64,000 nucleotides of DNA from Candidatus Helarchaeota archaeon. Lineage in GTDB: Archaea; Asgardarchaeota; Lokiarchaeia; Helarchaeales; RDOG01. Positions 10,847 through 20,939 of the stretch are shown one piece after another. Where the stretch lies: positions 1,329,432 to 1,393,431 of the forward strand of contig JAHPZH010000001.1 in the NCBI GenBank assembly GCA_019058315.1. Reading direction: 5' to 3'. Both the position numbers and the translations under genes were made by a program. Under the pieces are notes generated by a model. That model was given only the letters and a program-made list of their open reading frames with translations, made no database searches and had not been told where the DNA came from. Positions within the stretch are counted from its first letter, which is position 1. Each line of letters begins with the position of its first letter.

Positions 10847-13800
10847 TTAATTTTCAAATAACCTCTGAATAAATTTTCCAATTTTTGAAAAAATTTCTAC
10901 ATCTCCATTAAAGGTCTCGAATTCTTCCTTATAAAAATCTTCTATATCCCGAACTAATTGAATTAATTTATTCCTTAAAGTTGCTAAATTTTCTTCAGTT
11001 ATCAATGCAGTAGTTATATAATCCCCATGTTCGAGGAGAATAGTCATTTCTTCTTGTTCTATTATTTTTATTTTTGTCCTATTTCTAGTCATTTCTTGTA
11101 TTAACATTGAAATTCCCGTTAAACCACCAGCAACTAGTTGAGGTTCAATTTCTTCTGTCGATTTAAAAGAATAATCATGGAGAAGGATGCCACTTTTTGG
11201 TAAAAACACATATAGAAAATGAATTCTTTTAGACCAACTTAATTCCGATTCAGTTTGGAGGTCTGTTTGAGACATTTCATCAATATTTACTGAGGAGCTT
11301 ATTTCAACAGGGCAAGTTGGGGCTGAAATGCCTACACTACTTGCCGAAACTTCAGGTTTTTCAATAATTTCTAATGCAGAGGCAAGGATAGACTTTTCAT
11401 TCCTAACCATTTCAAGATAATTTTGAATTTCTTTTTTCTTTTGCACATATCCCGCATTTTCAAATATTTTTAAAGCTGTATTTAAATAATTTGTGGCTAT
11501 TACCAAATATTGATTTTTTTTATTAAAATCTATTTCATTATCGGCTTGAATTAAATGCCACACACCGTCAAAATAGGTTGAAATCGCCATTGCCCAAGTA
11601 GCATCCGGTTTAAATCCACCTAATTGATAATTTTTTGCTGATTCCCTCAGATACATTTTGACTTTCTTATAATAATCAATTTTTTGCTCAAACAAGGCTT
11701 CAAGATCAAATAATACTCCGTTTTCTAGAGCCTTACAAAATAAAGAATTGCCTAAAGATAATTTTTTCATTTTACTTTCTGGAAAGATTTCGCTTGCCTT
11801 TTTAAAAAGATCGGATGCGATAGCAAAAAGATTCGATTTATGCTCTACTTCTGCCCGTTCCATATTTTCCCAAGCCTTACATAGATAAAAAACTGCTGTT
11901 AACTCATCTCTTTCCCGCTTAATCTTAAATTGCTGACAAATGTTTTCAAAGAGAGAGCTTGCTTTATTATAAAGCTCTGCTGAGTGTAGATGGTTTCCTT
12001 TTTTACTTTCTAGTCTTGAGTTTTCTATTTGCTGACGGGCTTCGCAATAAGATTCTCTAATCTTTGCGACTTCAATTAAATCTGAAATTCTTTTAATATC
12101 CTCTGGAGATTTTTTCTTTTTTAAGTATGCATTAAGAGTTTCTGTAGCAGTTATGAATTTATTTTTAGAAACTAAATACGTTGCTGCTGCTTCTTCGTGA
12201 TTATTTTGTTTACTTAAATTTTCTGCATTTTCCAATATAGCCCATGCACTATAAAAAGGTGCTTCAAATTTATATTCACGAACATTATTTAAAATTCGAC
12301 TTGCTTCCTCATAATTTAGTTGTGCGTTATTATGGTCCTCTGTTGCATGGTATGATTTAGCTTTTTCAATAATACTCCAAGCTTGTAAATAATTGTTTAA
12401 TTTCTCTATTTTTTTACCCAATTTGCTGTAAGTAAGAGTTAATATGGCTTGATTGAATGAATCAATTGCTTTTTGATAATTATCTGCAGCAGAATGAAAA
12501 TTACCAAGTCTATCTTCTATTTGGGCGAGATTTACAAATCCCGATCCTACTAAATTAAAAAATCCTCTATTTTTGCAGAATTCTATGGCATCATAATATG
12601 CTAAACTTGATTCTTTGAATAATTTATCATCTTCAGTTAAAATTGCTAGCTCATAATAAATTTCTCCAATAAAAAATAAATTTTCAATGTAAAACCTGAA
12701 GAAACCACCGATATGATCTTTCCCCTTTATACAGAGTTCCAATGCTTTTTGATAATAATTAATCTTTTCTGACTGACTCAAGGCATTTTGTGCCATTATA
12801 ATACCAGTTCTAGAGGTATGGTTTAGATGAAATATGTAAACTTGAGTTTTATCCAATTTTTGAAAATTATAAGTTGAAAGTTCATTAAATATTCTAGTAG
12901 CTATTTGCAAATAATTGAAACTTTCTGTTTTTTCTTTAATTAAATCAGCTAATATCGCATTCGACAAGCAGGAATAAATTGATTTCACTAGGTTATACAT
13001 TTTATAATCTGGGTTATTTGCTATAGAAATTTTTTTTAATAGTTCGATTGAATTTAATGTTCTTTTTGCGAAATCAATTCTTGAAATAGGTGGAGTAGAA
13101 GGATTAATGGCACCAAGTGAAAGAATAACCATAGCATAAACAATTGCAGCTATAATTGTTATCCGAGGGAAATGAATAAATAACGATTTATGATATGATT
13201 CCAAATTCGCCATTACATGTTTAAAATCACTGGCAAAATAACCAATATATATTAAAAGTATTGCATTAGTAAATCGCATAAAATAAAATAATGTTAAAGG
13301 TGTTGTTGCATTGATTTTTTCTAATAAAACTTCTGCTTTTTTAAGCCATTTTTGAGCTGCTTTTATATATTTTTTTTGATCGAATTGATCAATTTCAGTA
13401 AATGCACCAACAATTGTATTCAAAAAAGAATAAACTGAATAAGCACCAAATAATAGCAATATCTTTGATTCTTCAATAACCTCAATAATTTTTCCAACTA
13501 GGTCAATAAACTCAATAAAATATTGTTTTCTTATTGATTCTTCAATCGGTAAGGAAAATATAGACCATATACAGAATTCAGTAACACTAATTAAATAATA
13601 ATAATTATAAATTTCAGAAAATTCTGGTTGTTTTAATATATCTTCTGTTATTTCTGTCGTTAAATTTCTAAAATCTAAAGCCAGTTTCTTGAAATCTGTA
13701 TTTTCATCAATACGAATACTTTTTTCACCAATTATTAAATTCAAGGCTCTATGTTCAAAAACTGCCATTTTTAAGGAATCTATAATATTTCCAGAATTCT

Positions 13801-14233
13801 TATAGATTTGTTTTGCTTTTTCAAAATGTGATTGAGCAGAATTTAATAGAATATTTTCCTTTCCTATTTCTGATTCAGATTCTGATATATATTTTAAAAG
13901 ATTGATAAAACCTAAGGCTGCATTTACTTTTTCTTCTCTTTTTAATTCTTTGAAAACATCATGTGCTTTATTAAAATAAGAAATCGATAACTGAAAGCAA
14001 TTTAAGACTTTTTCTTCTTCTTTTTCGAAATCTGAAGCGATGTAATAGATTTCACCCATTCTATAATAGATTTTCCCTTCAATTTCTTTATTTTTTGTTT
14101 CTGAACTAATTTTTTCTGCTTCTTTCAAAATTTCAATAGCATTATACCAATTATATTTAAATTCCTCTTCTTCAGCTTTTTGGAAAAGTTCAGTAATTTG
14201 ATCTAATCCACTACTTTGTGAGGAATTTGACAT
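10847..14233 (-). CDS. Large TPR/alpha-solenoid protein with C-terminal longin/roadblock-like domain (paralogue 1)
   Basis: TPR-like repeats (GKIYYRMGEIY, NLAQIEDRLGNFHSAADNYQKAI). C-terminal LYVFLPKSGILLHDYSF...QLVAGGLTGISMLIQEM...IKIIEQ...ILLEHG longin-like pattern. Confidence 0.8.
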   Translation of the reverse strand: MSNSSQSSGLDQITELFQKAEEEEFKYNWYNAIEILKEAEKISSETKNKEIEGKIYYRMGEIYYIASDFEKEEEKVLNCFQLSISYFNKAHDVFKELKREEKVNAALGFINLLKYISESESEIGKENILLNSAQSHFEKAKQIYKNSGNIIDSLKMAVFEHRALNLIIGEKSIRIDENTDFKKLALDFRNLTTEITEDILKQPEFSEIYNYYYLISVTEFCIWSIFSLPIEESIRKQYFIEFIDLVGKIIEVIEESKILLLFGAYSVYSFLNTIVGAFTEIDQFDQKKYIKAAQKWLKKAEVLLEKINATTPLTLFYFMRFTNAILLIYIGYFASDFKHVMANLESYHKSLFIHFPRITIIAAIVYAMVILSLGAINPSTPPISRIDFAKRTLNSIELLKKISIANNPDYKMYNLVKSIYSCLSNAILADLIKEKTESFNYLQIATRIFNELSTYNFQKLDKTQVYIFHLNHTSRTGIIMAQNALSQSEKINYYQKALELCIKGKDHIGGFFRFYIENLFFIGEIYYELAILTEDDKLFKESSLAYYDAIEFCKNRGFFNLVGSGFVNLAQIEDRLGNFHSAADNYQKAIDSFNQAILTLTYSKLGKKIEKLNNYLQAWSIIEKAKSYHATEDHNNAQLNYEEASRILNNVREYKFEAPFYSAWAILENAENLSKQNNHEEAAATYLVSKNKFITATETLNAYLKKKKSPEDIKRISDLIEVAKIRESYCEARQQIENSRLESKKGNHLHSAELYNKASSLFENICQQFKIKRERDELTAVFYLCKAWENMERAEVEHKSNLFAIASDLFKKASEIFPESKMKKLSLGNSLFCKALENGVLFDLEALFEQKIDYYKKVKMYLRESAKNYQLGGFKPDATWAMAISTYFDGVWHLIQADNEIDFNKKNQYLVIATNYLNTALKIFENAGYVQKKKEIQNYLEMVRNEKSILASALEIIEKPEVSASSVGISAPTCPVEISSSVNIDEMSQTDLQTESELSWSKRIHFLYVFLPKSGILLHDYSFKSTEEIEPQLVAGGLTGISMLIQEMTRNRTKIKIIEQEEMTILLEHGDYITTALITEENLATLRNKLIQLVRDIEDFYKEEFETFNGDVEIFSKIGKFIQRLFEN

Positions 14234-14382
14234 AATTAATCAAGATAAATTTTCTGTTTATAATATTACTGTAATCAAGGATGCGAATTTAATGGAAAAA
14301 CCCGACTATCTACTACTTTTAAAATTTCTAACTGAAAATCATTAAACGAAAAGTTGATTATTAAAATAAAATAAGTTATTAT

Positions 14383-15228
14383 ATGATACTATTCTGTGAC
14401 AATCATGGCGATTTGGAAGTTTTAAAGGAAATATTAAAATTAGAGGGCGGAGAGAAGGTTTGTTTAGGGGATTTAGTGGCTTATGGTCCCAAATCGCGGG
14501 AATGTGTTGAATTAGCGAAGGAATATAAAGATGTCACTTTCCTTAAAGGAAATTGGGAAGCAATAATTACAGGGGAAACAGTTTCAAACCGGCAATTTGT
14601 GACTCTAAACACATGTGAAAATTTAGTAAGAACACTACTAGATTTTTATCCAAAGGATGGAATTTTACAATTTGTTAACCAAAATTCTCATTTTGAAATT
14701 TTACATCCCTTTATAGATGAACCAAACAAGATTCATAAAATTAAGGCAAAAATATTCATCAAGGATTTTTATTTTAATCGTTTAGAATTTCTGCCATTTC
14801 GATTAAGACCGTATTTTCCTAATAATTCTTTAATTTCTTGGTTAGATTCGCTAGAATTGAGCTACAAGTTATCGGTTGATGCTATCGCGACCCATGGGGG
14901 ATTAAGCAATAATTATGACCTATTCACTTCTACATACCACGAATTCACTGCTACGTATGAGAAAGCTCAAAAACAAATAGAATTGGCAAAAAAATATTAC
15001 AATGTTGGAAAAATTTTTCACGCACATACGCATTTCCCAACAATTATTGTGGGTAATAATTATTATAGTAATAAAAAAGTTAAATGGGATTATGATTATC
15101 CATTAAATGAAATACCTTACGCAAGTCTCCCAGCGACTGGAAATTTTATAAGAACGAAGGGAATTTTTCAAACAGGATACATCAAGATTGAAAAGGAGGA
15201 GAATTCACTAAAATTTATTAAATTATAA
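14383..15228 (+). CDS. Calcineurin-like metallophosphoesterase
   Basis: DNHG, LGDLVAYGP, KGNWE, THGG, HAHTH motifs. Confidence 0.85.
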   Translation: MILFCDNHGDLEVLKEILKLEGGEKVCLGDLVAYGPKSRECVELAKEYKDVTFLKGNWEAIITGETVSNRQFVTLNTCENLVRTLLDFYPKDGILQFVNQNSHFEILHPFIDEPNKIHKIKAKIFIKDFYFNRLEFLPFRLRPYFPNNSLISWLDSLELSYKLSVDAIATHGGLSNNYDLFTSTYHEFTATYEKAQKQIELAKKYYNVGKIFHAHTHFPTIIVGNNYYSNKKVKWDYDYPLNEIPYASLPATGNFIRTKGIFQTGYIKIEKEENSLKFIKL

Positions 15229-15280
15229 ACAATTTCAATTAAATTATAAAAAAAGTAGTAAAGTAGGGAGAGATAAAATT

Positions 15281-16132
15281 CTAAACATTAAATGTTTCAA
15301 GATCTACGCCTAGAGCTGCTGCTACATCCTCCGCAAGTTTTTCAGATTGCTCACGAGGTGGACCAGTAGTTAAACCACCATCCACTAAAATAGCAGACCC
15401 ATTAACAAAGCTGGAGTCTTCACTTGCAAGCCAAACTGCAGCTTTAGCGATATCCTCTGGTAGACCAGCACGCTTAATCGGTTGAATTTGTGCTAATATC
15501 GGTTTAATTTTAGGGATCAATTCTAATGCTCTTTCTTGCGTTAATCCAAGACCTCTACCAAAAACTGCTGTTGCTATCCCCCCAGGACAAATACAATTAA
15601 CACGTATACCAAGCTCACCAACTTCCCGGGCTACTGTGCGAGTCATATGAATAATTGCTGCTTTTGCTGCACTATACGCATGAGAGGCATATCCCGCACT
15701 GATTCCTGCAACACTCCCAGTATTAATAATACATCCTGAACCTTGTTTTTGCATTAATTTAATTGCATGTTTCATTCCTAAAAATGTACCACGTAAATGA
15801 ACCGCAATTATACTATCAAATGCTTTCGTTGAAAATGTTGCAAACTCTGGTTCTAATCGATCAAAACCGGCGTTATTATACATACAATCGAGCCTATTAT
15901 ATTCTTTTTTAGCATATCGAATGACAGCTCTAACATTTTTTTCGTCAGTGACATCCGTATGAAAAAAATTCACATCTGAACCAAGATTTTTGGCTAATTT
16001 TTCACCAGAATCATCTTGAATATCCGCAATTATTACCTTGGCACCTTCTTTGGAAAAAAGTCGAACCCCGGCTTCACCAATTCCACTAACCCCACCGGTT
16101 ATAATAGCAATTTTACCATCCAGTTTACCCAA
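15281..16132 (-). CDS. Short-chain dehydrogenase/reductase (SDR)
   Basis: TGGVSGIG, NNAG, YSAAK, IRVNCICPG. Confidence 0.93.
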   Translation of the reverse strand: MGKLDGKIAIITGGVSGIGEAGVRLFSKEGAKVIIADIQDDSGEKLAKNLGSDVNFFHTDVTDEKNVRAVIRYAKKEYNRLDCMYNNAGFDRLEPEFATFSTKAFDSIIAVHLRGTFLGMKHAIKLMQKQGSGCIINTGSVAGISAGYASHAYSAAKAAIIHMTRTVAREVGELGIRVNCICPGGIATAVFGRGLGLTQERALELIPKIKPILAQIQPIKRAGLPEDIAKAAVWLASEDSSFVNGSAILVDGGLTTGPPREQSEKLAEDVAAALGVDLETFNV

Positions 16133-16207
16133 TTTATCATCAACTCAAAAAGAATTTTGAAATTGAATTATGATATATGAATCTAACTAATAAAATTAAT
16201 TAAAAAA

Positions 16208-19200
16208 TTATTTTTTGAAGATTTTTTGAACGAATTTGTCAATTTTAGAAAAAGGTCTAATATCTCCTTGAAAATTTTCCAATTCTTCACTAAAAAAGTC
16301 TTCTACATCATTAATTAAATCTTTTAATTTATTCCTTAAAGTTTTAAGATTTTCTTCTGCTATTAAAGCTGCACTAACATAATTCCCGTGTTCGAGGATT
16401 ATTGACAATTCTTCTTGTTCAATTATTTTTATTTTTGTTTCGCTTTTAGTTACTTCTTTTATTAGCTCAAAAAGACCTGCTAATCCTCCAGAAACAAATT
16501 GGGCTTCAGATTCTTCGATAACACCAGATTTAAAGGGATATTGGTAAATACTCTCACCTTGAGGTAAAAATAAATAAATATGATGTAATCTTTTATACCA
16601 ATTTTTCTCAGATTCTGTTTGGAAATCGGTCAATTGCATTTCTTCAATATTTGCTGACGTACTGATTTCTATGGGGCATGAAGGTGCTGAAATCCCTATT
16701 GAACTAGCTGAAATAGCTGGTTTTTCAATGATATTAGATGCTGTTGTAAGTATCATTTTTTCTTTTTTGATCATATCTAAATATTGAGAAATTTCTTCAC
16801 TTCTTCTCTTGGATCCGACTTCACTGAAGAGATTTTGTGCTGTAGTAAGGTAATTTGTTGCAACATTTAAATCCCTATTCTTTTTAGTAAAATCGAGTTC
16901 ATTGTCAGCTTGAATTAGATGCCATAATCCATCAAAATAAGTCCCAGTTGCTAAAGCCCATTTTGCATCTTCCTTGAAACCCCCTAGTTGATAATTTTTC
17001 GATGCTTCCCTTAAAAATGTTTTAATCTTTTTGTAGAAATTAGTTTTTTCATTTAAATCAGTAGATTTATCAAATAGAATTCTATTTTCAAGCGCTGAAC
17101 AGAAAATAGAATTTCCTAAGGATAATTTCTTCATTTTAACAGTTGGAAAATTTTCACTAGCTTTATTAAATAAATAAGAAGCTATAGCAAATTGTTTTGA
17201 ATCCTGTTTTAATTCCGCTTTTTCCATGTTTTCCCAAGCCTTACATAAATAAAGAGTTGCGGTTAATTCATCTTTTTCCCGTTTTATCTTAAATTTATGA
17301 CAAATAGTTTCAAATAATGAACTGGCTTTATTGTAAAGCTCAGCAGCTAGTAAATGATTTCCATTTTTACTTTCTATTCTTGCAGTTTCAATATGATGTC
17401 GAGCGGTGCAATAATTTTTTCTGGTTTCCCCAACTTGAATTAATTTTTGAATTCTTTCAATATTTTCCGGGGATTTTTTCTTTAGAAATGAATCTAAATT
17501 TTGAATTGCATTTTCAAAACTTTTTTTTGCCTCTAGATATGTTTCTGCAGCCTCCTGATACATACCTCTTTTACTAATATCTTCTGCTTTCTCTAAAATG
17601 CTCCACGCAGAATAAAAGGGTGATTCATATTTATATTCACGAATTTTATTCAATATCTGGCTTGCTTTTACATAATTTTCTTGTGCTTTTATATGATTTT
17701 CATTCGTATGTTCATTTTTTGCGATTTCGATAATTTCCCATGCATTGACATAACTTTTTAATTTATTAATAGTTTTTCCGGCTTTAATATACGTTAGAGT
17801 CATTAAAGCTCTATCAAATGCGTCACTTGCTTTTTTATAATTATCTGCAGCGGCAGTGTAATTACATAATCGGTCTTCAATTTGTGCAAGATAAATATAT
17901 CCCGATCCGACTAAATTTGAATATCCTTGATCTTTACAAAATGTTATTGCATCATTATATGCCACGATTCCCTTATTAAACATATCACCATTTGTTAATA
18001 TTCCCAATTCATAATATGTTTCTCCAATCATAAACAAATTTTCAATGTAATACCATGTTTCCTCATAAATATGCTTTTTTAAAAAGAATTCAAGCGATTT
18101 TTTTAGATAATTTACCTTTTCTGATTTATCTTTTGAATGTTTTGCTAATAATAATCCAATTCTTGGATAACAATACCCAAAGACATGGCTATAATTATAA
18201 GATCGTTCCTTTGTAACTCCAATATAATTCGAAATCTCATTAAAATATTCAATAGCACTTTGTAAATGCTTGTTTCTTTTTATATCCTCAAATATATCTC
18301 CCAATCCTATATGACCCACACATAAAAGAGCTTTATAAAATTGATTATATAAAATATAATTTGGATCAATCATTATTGGAATTCTAAAATTTGTTAACAT
18401 ATCCAATATCCTATTAGCAAACTCCACTCGTTGAATACTTAACGTTGCACGACTCATAGCCCCGATCATGAAGGTAAATGCACTATAAAAAACCCCATGT
18501 GCTGCCATAATTTTAGGAAAATGTAATTTACTAGCATTAATACTTTTTTCTAAGTCTTGTAGAATTAAATTAACATCTTTTGCGAAAAAACCAATAGAAA
18601 TTAAGAACATTGCAGTGGAGAATCGCGAGTAATAAAAAAATATTAAACCTGAAACGGGGATGCTTTTTGATAAGAATTCATCTCCTTTCTTTGCGGCCTT
18701 TTGAGCTCTATTTAAATATTTTTTTTGTTCAAATTGACTCAGTGCAAAATACGCACTAAAAATAAAATTAAAAAATAAATTAGCAGCATATGAAAAAAAT
18801 AACCAAGGAAGTTTATTCGATTTTTTAAATTTACTAATTAATTCATCAGATAATTCTAGCCAATTGAGGACATGTTGTTTTATATTTTTTTTATCAATTG
18901 GTGAATAGACAATAAGCCATGCAGTATATTCCTCAATACTAATTAAAAAATGATAGAAGCAAATTTCAGGTACATTTTGTTCCTTTCTTAATTCATCCCA
19001 TATGTTTTCTAGAGTAATTTTAAATTCTAAAGATAAATCATCAAAATTTGCATTTTTATCATTTCTAATACATTTTTCAGCAAAAATCAATTCTTGTGTT
19101 CTGTTTTCTAGAACTGCCATTTTTAATGATTCTATTCCATTTCCTTTTTTGGTATTTAGGATTTTTGCATCATGAAAATTTTTTTTAGCAGATTCAAGTA

Positions 19201-19585
19201 ATAATTTTTCTTTTCCTTTCTCGGCTTCTGATATATATTTTAAAATATCAATAAAACCTAAAGTTCCTTTAATTTTTTCTTCTATTTGCAACTGAGTAAA
19301 TATTTTATATGCTTTCTGATAATATTCTAAAGCAAATTTAAAATCATTTAATACATTTTCTTCTGTTTTTTCGAAATCTGCGGCTATTTGATAGATCTCA
19401 CCAAGTTTATAATATGCTTCACCTATTTTCTCTTTAAAATTTTCAGGTTGAGTTTGATGAATTTTTTCTATATTTTTTAATATCTCTATAGCCTTTCCCC
19501 AATTATGATTGTGTTCTTCTATCTCTACTTTTTTTAAAAAGTCATTAATTACTTCTAAGCTTTCCTTTTTCGAGATATCTGACAT
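16208..19585 (-). CDS. Large TPR/alpha-solenoid protein with C-terminal longin/roadblock-like domain (paralogue 2)
   Basis: Colinear with 10847-14233, sharing KFKIKRE.DELTA..YLCKAWENME and IEKP..SASS.GISAP.CP.EIS, and carrying the same C-terminal domain. Confidence 0.8.
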   Translation of the reverse strand: MSDISKKESLEVINDFLKKVEIEEHNHNWGKAIEILKNIEKIHQTQPENFKEKIGEAYYKLGEIYQIAADFEKTEENVLNDFKFALEYYQKAYKIFTQLQIEEKIKGTLGFIDILKYISEAEKGKEKLLLESAKKNFHDAKILNTKKGNGIESLKMAVLENRTQELIFAEKCIRNDKNANFDDLSLEFKITLENIWDELRKEQNVPEICFYHFLISIEEYTAWLIVYSPIDKKNIKQHVLNWLELSDELISKFKKSNKLPWLFFSYAANLFFNFIFSAYFALSQFEQKKYLNRAQKAAKKGDEFLSKSIPVSGLIFFYYSRFSTAMFLISIGFFAKDVNLILQDLEKSINASKLHFPKIMAAHGVFYSAFTFMIGAMSRATLSIQRVEFANRILDMLTNFRIPIMIDPNYILYNQFYKALLCVGHIGLGDIFEDIKRNKHLQSAIEYFNEISNYIGVTKERSYNYSHVFGYCYPRIGLLLAKHSKDKSEKVNYLKKSLEFFLKKHIYEETWYYIENLFMIGETYYELGILTNGDMFNKGIVAYNDAITFCKDQGYSNLVGSGYIYLAQIEDRLCNYTAAADNYKKASDAFDRALMTLTYIKAGKTINKLKSYVNAWEIIEIAKNEHTNENHIKAQENYVKASQILNKIREYKYESPFYSAWSILEKAEDISKRGMYQEAAETYLEAKKSFENAIQNLDSFLKKKSPENIERIQKLIQVGETRKNYCTARHHIETARIESKNGNHLLAAELYNKASSLFETICHKFKIKREKDELTATLYLCKAWENMEKAELKQDSKQFAIASYLFNKASENFPTVKMKKLSLGNSIFCSALENRILFDKSTDLNEKTNFYKKIKTFLREASKNYQLGGFKEDAKWALATGTYFDGLWHLIQADNELDFTKKNRDLNVATNYLTTAQNLFSEVGSKRRSEEISQYLDMIKKEKMILTTASNIIEKPAISASSIGISAPSCPIEISTSANIEEMQLTDFQTESEKNWYKRLHHIYLFLPQGESIYQYPFKSGVIEESEAQFVSGGLAGLFELIKEVTKSETKIKIIEQEELSIILEHGNYVSAALIAEENLKTLRNKLKDLINDVEDFFSEELENFQGDIRPFSKIDKFVQKIFKK

Positions 19586-19735
19586 AATAATATCCCCATG
19601 TAATCTTCCGTTGAGATGTTAAATAATAATAGAAAAGACAATAAAAAATTTATTAAAAATTCAAATAGATAGTAATTTATACTATTTCAAATAAAATTGA
19701 AGAATAAATTATCTAAAAATTAGCGAGAACAAAAA

Positions 19736-20236
19736 ATGGCTGAAATTCTCATTATTCGACAACCTAAAACTGAAAAAGAATTTGAATTAATGTATAATTT
19801 GAGATGGCGAGTTTTAAGGAAGCCTTGGGATCGACCTCGGGGTTCTGAAAAAGATGAAGATGAATCTATCTCGAGTCATTTTATTGCAATAGCGGATAAT
19901 AAAATTATTGGGACCGCACGATACCATAAGATAAATGAAAAGGTTGGTAGGGTTAGGTATCTAGCTGTAGCTGAAGAATATCGTGGAAGAGGTGTTGCTC
20001 GTTCTATAATGGAAGCAATTGATCTAACAGCATGCAATCAGAATTTAAAATACTTGATTCTGAGTGCACGACATACAGCTGCGGAATTTTTTAAAAAGAT
20101 GGGTTATAAAATAATGGGAGAAGGAAAAACACTTTTTGGAGAAATCAAACATTATAAAATGGTAAAAAAATTTAAAGAAAATATTTCTAGAATGCAAGAA
20201 ATAATTGATAATTTAAGAAAAACGCTAGATTCTTGA
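19736..20236 (+). CDS. GNAT family N-acetyltransferase (YiiD/ElaA-like)
   Basis: LRWRVLRKPW, YLAVAEEYRGRGVAR acetyl-CoA binding motif, FFKKMGY. Confidence 0.9.
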   Translation: MAEILIIRQPKTEKEFELMYNLRWRVLRKPWDRPRGSEKDEDESISSHFIAIADNKIIGTARYHKINEKVGRVRYLAVAEEYRGRGVARSIMEAIDLTACNQNLKYLILSARHTAAEFFKKMGYKIMGEGKTLFGEIKHYKMVKKFKENISRMQEIIDNLRKTLDS

Positions 20237-20294
20237 ATTAAATTCAAAAATCAGCATTATAAAGTAATATTATTTAAATGGAGATAGGATATAA

Positions 20295-20939
20295 ATGATC
20301 TATTTAGAAGAAACGTTTAATATTGTTCCAGCCAGTCCTGAAGGCTTGGATATATTTGTTAGATTTGTGCAAGAGAAATTAATGCCAATAGGTCAAAAAC
20401 TAGGGTTGAATTTGATAACGGCTTGGTTTAGCAATGTTGATTTATTTAGCCAAGTTACACATATAACGGAATTTGATGACTTGGAAGCATTAAAGGTGTT
20501 CCGGATTAAATCCAGCGAAGAGAAAGCATGGGGAGAATATTTAGCAGGTTTGGAAGAATTAGCTCCAGAACGGCACTCTCGATTATTAGAACCATTAGAA
20601 AGTGTTCCGCCTAAAGCTTTACATAAAGCAATTAAAAGAAGCCAACGAAAGCCATTAGATGTTTATAGCCTAGCAGTACTCGAAGTGGCCCCTGGTAAGA
20701 TGCAAGATTTTATTTCATCGCTAAAGGATGCGGCCAAAGGGTTCCCAATTATAGCTAGTTGGCGTCCTGTTACGGGAAGCCCAAATGAGGTGATTGATTT
20801 ATGGAAGGGATCAATAACACAACAAAGTTACAAACCAGCTGACGACTTTATGAAAGAATTTTTTAGACAAGTCCGAGACTTAGCACCAAAAGAACGTTTG
20901 AGAACTGTATATGCACTACCATACTCACAATTGAGATGA
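20295..20939 (+). CDS. Tandem NIPSNAP-like (dimeric alpha/beta barrel) protein
   Basis: Two related halves, each ending LAPER/LAPKER...P.S; W...G..NEV..LW pattern. Confidence 0.65.
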   Translation: MIYLEETFNIVPASPEGLDIFVRFVQEKLMPIGQKLGLNLITAWFSNVDLFSQVTHITEFDDLEALKVFRIKSSEEKAWGEYLAGLEELAPERHSRLLEPLESVPPKALHKAIKRSQRKPLDVYSLAVLEVAPGKMQDFISSLKDAAKGFPIIASWRPVTGSPNEVIDLWKGSITQQSYKPADDFMKEFFRQVRDLAPKERLRTVYALPYSQLR

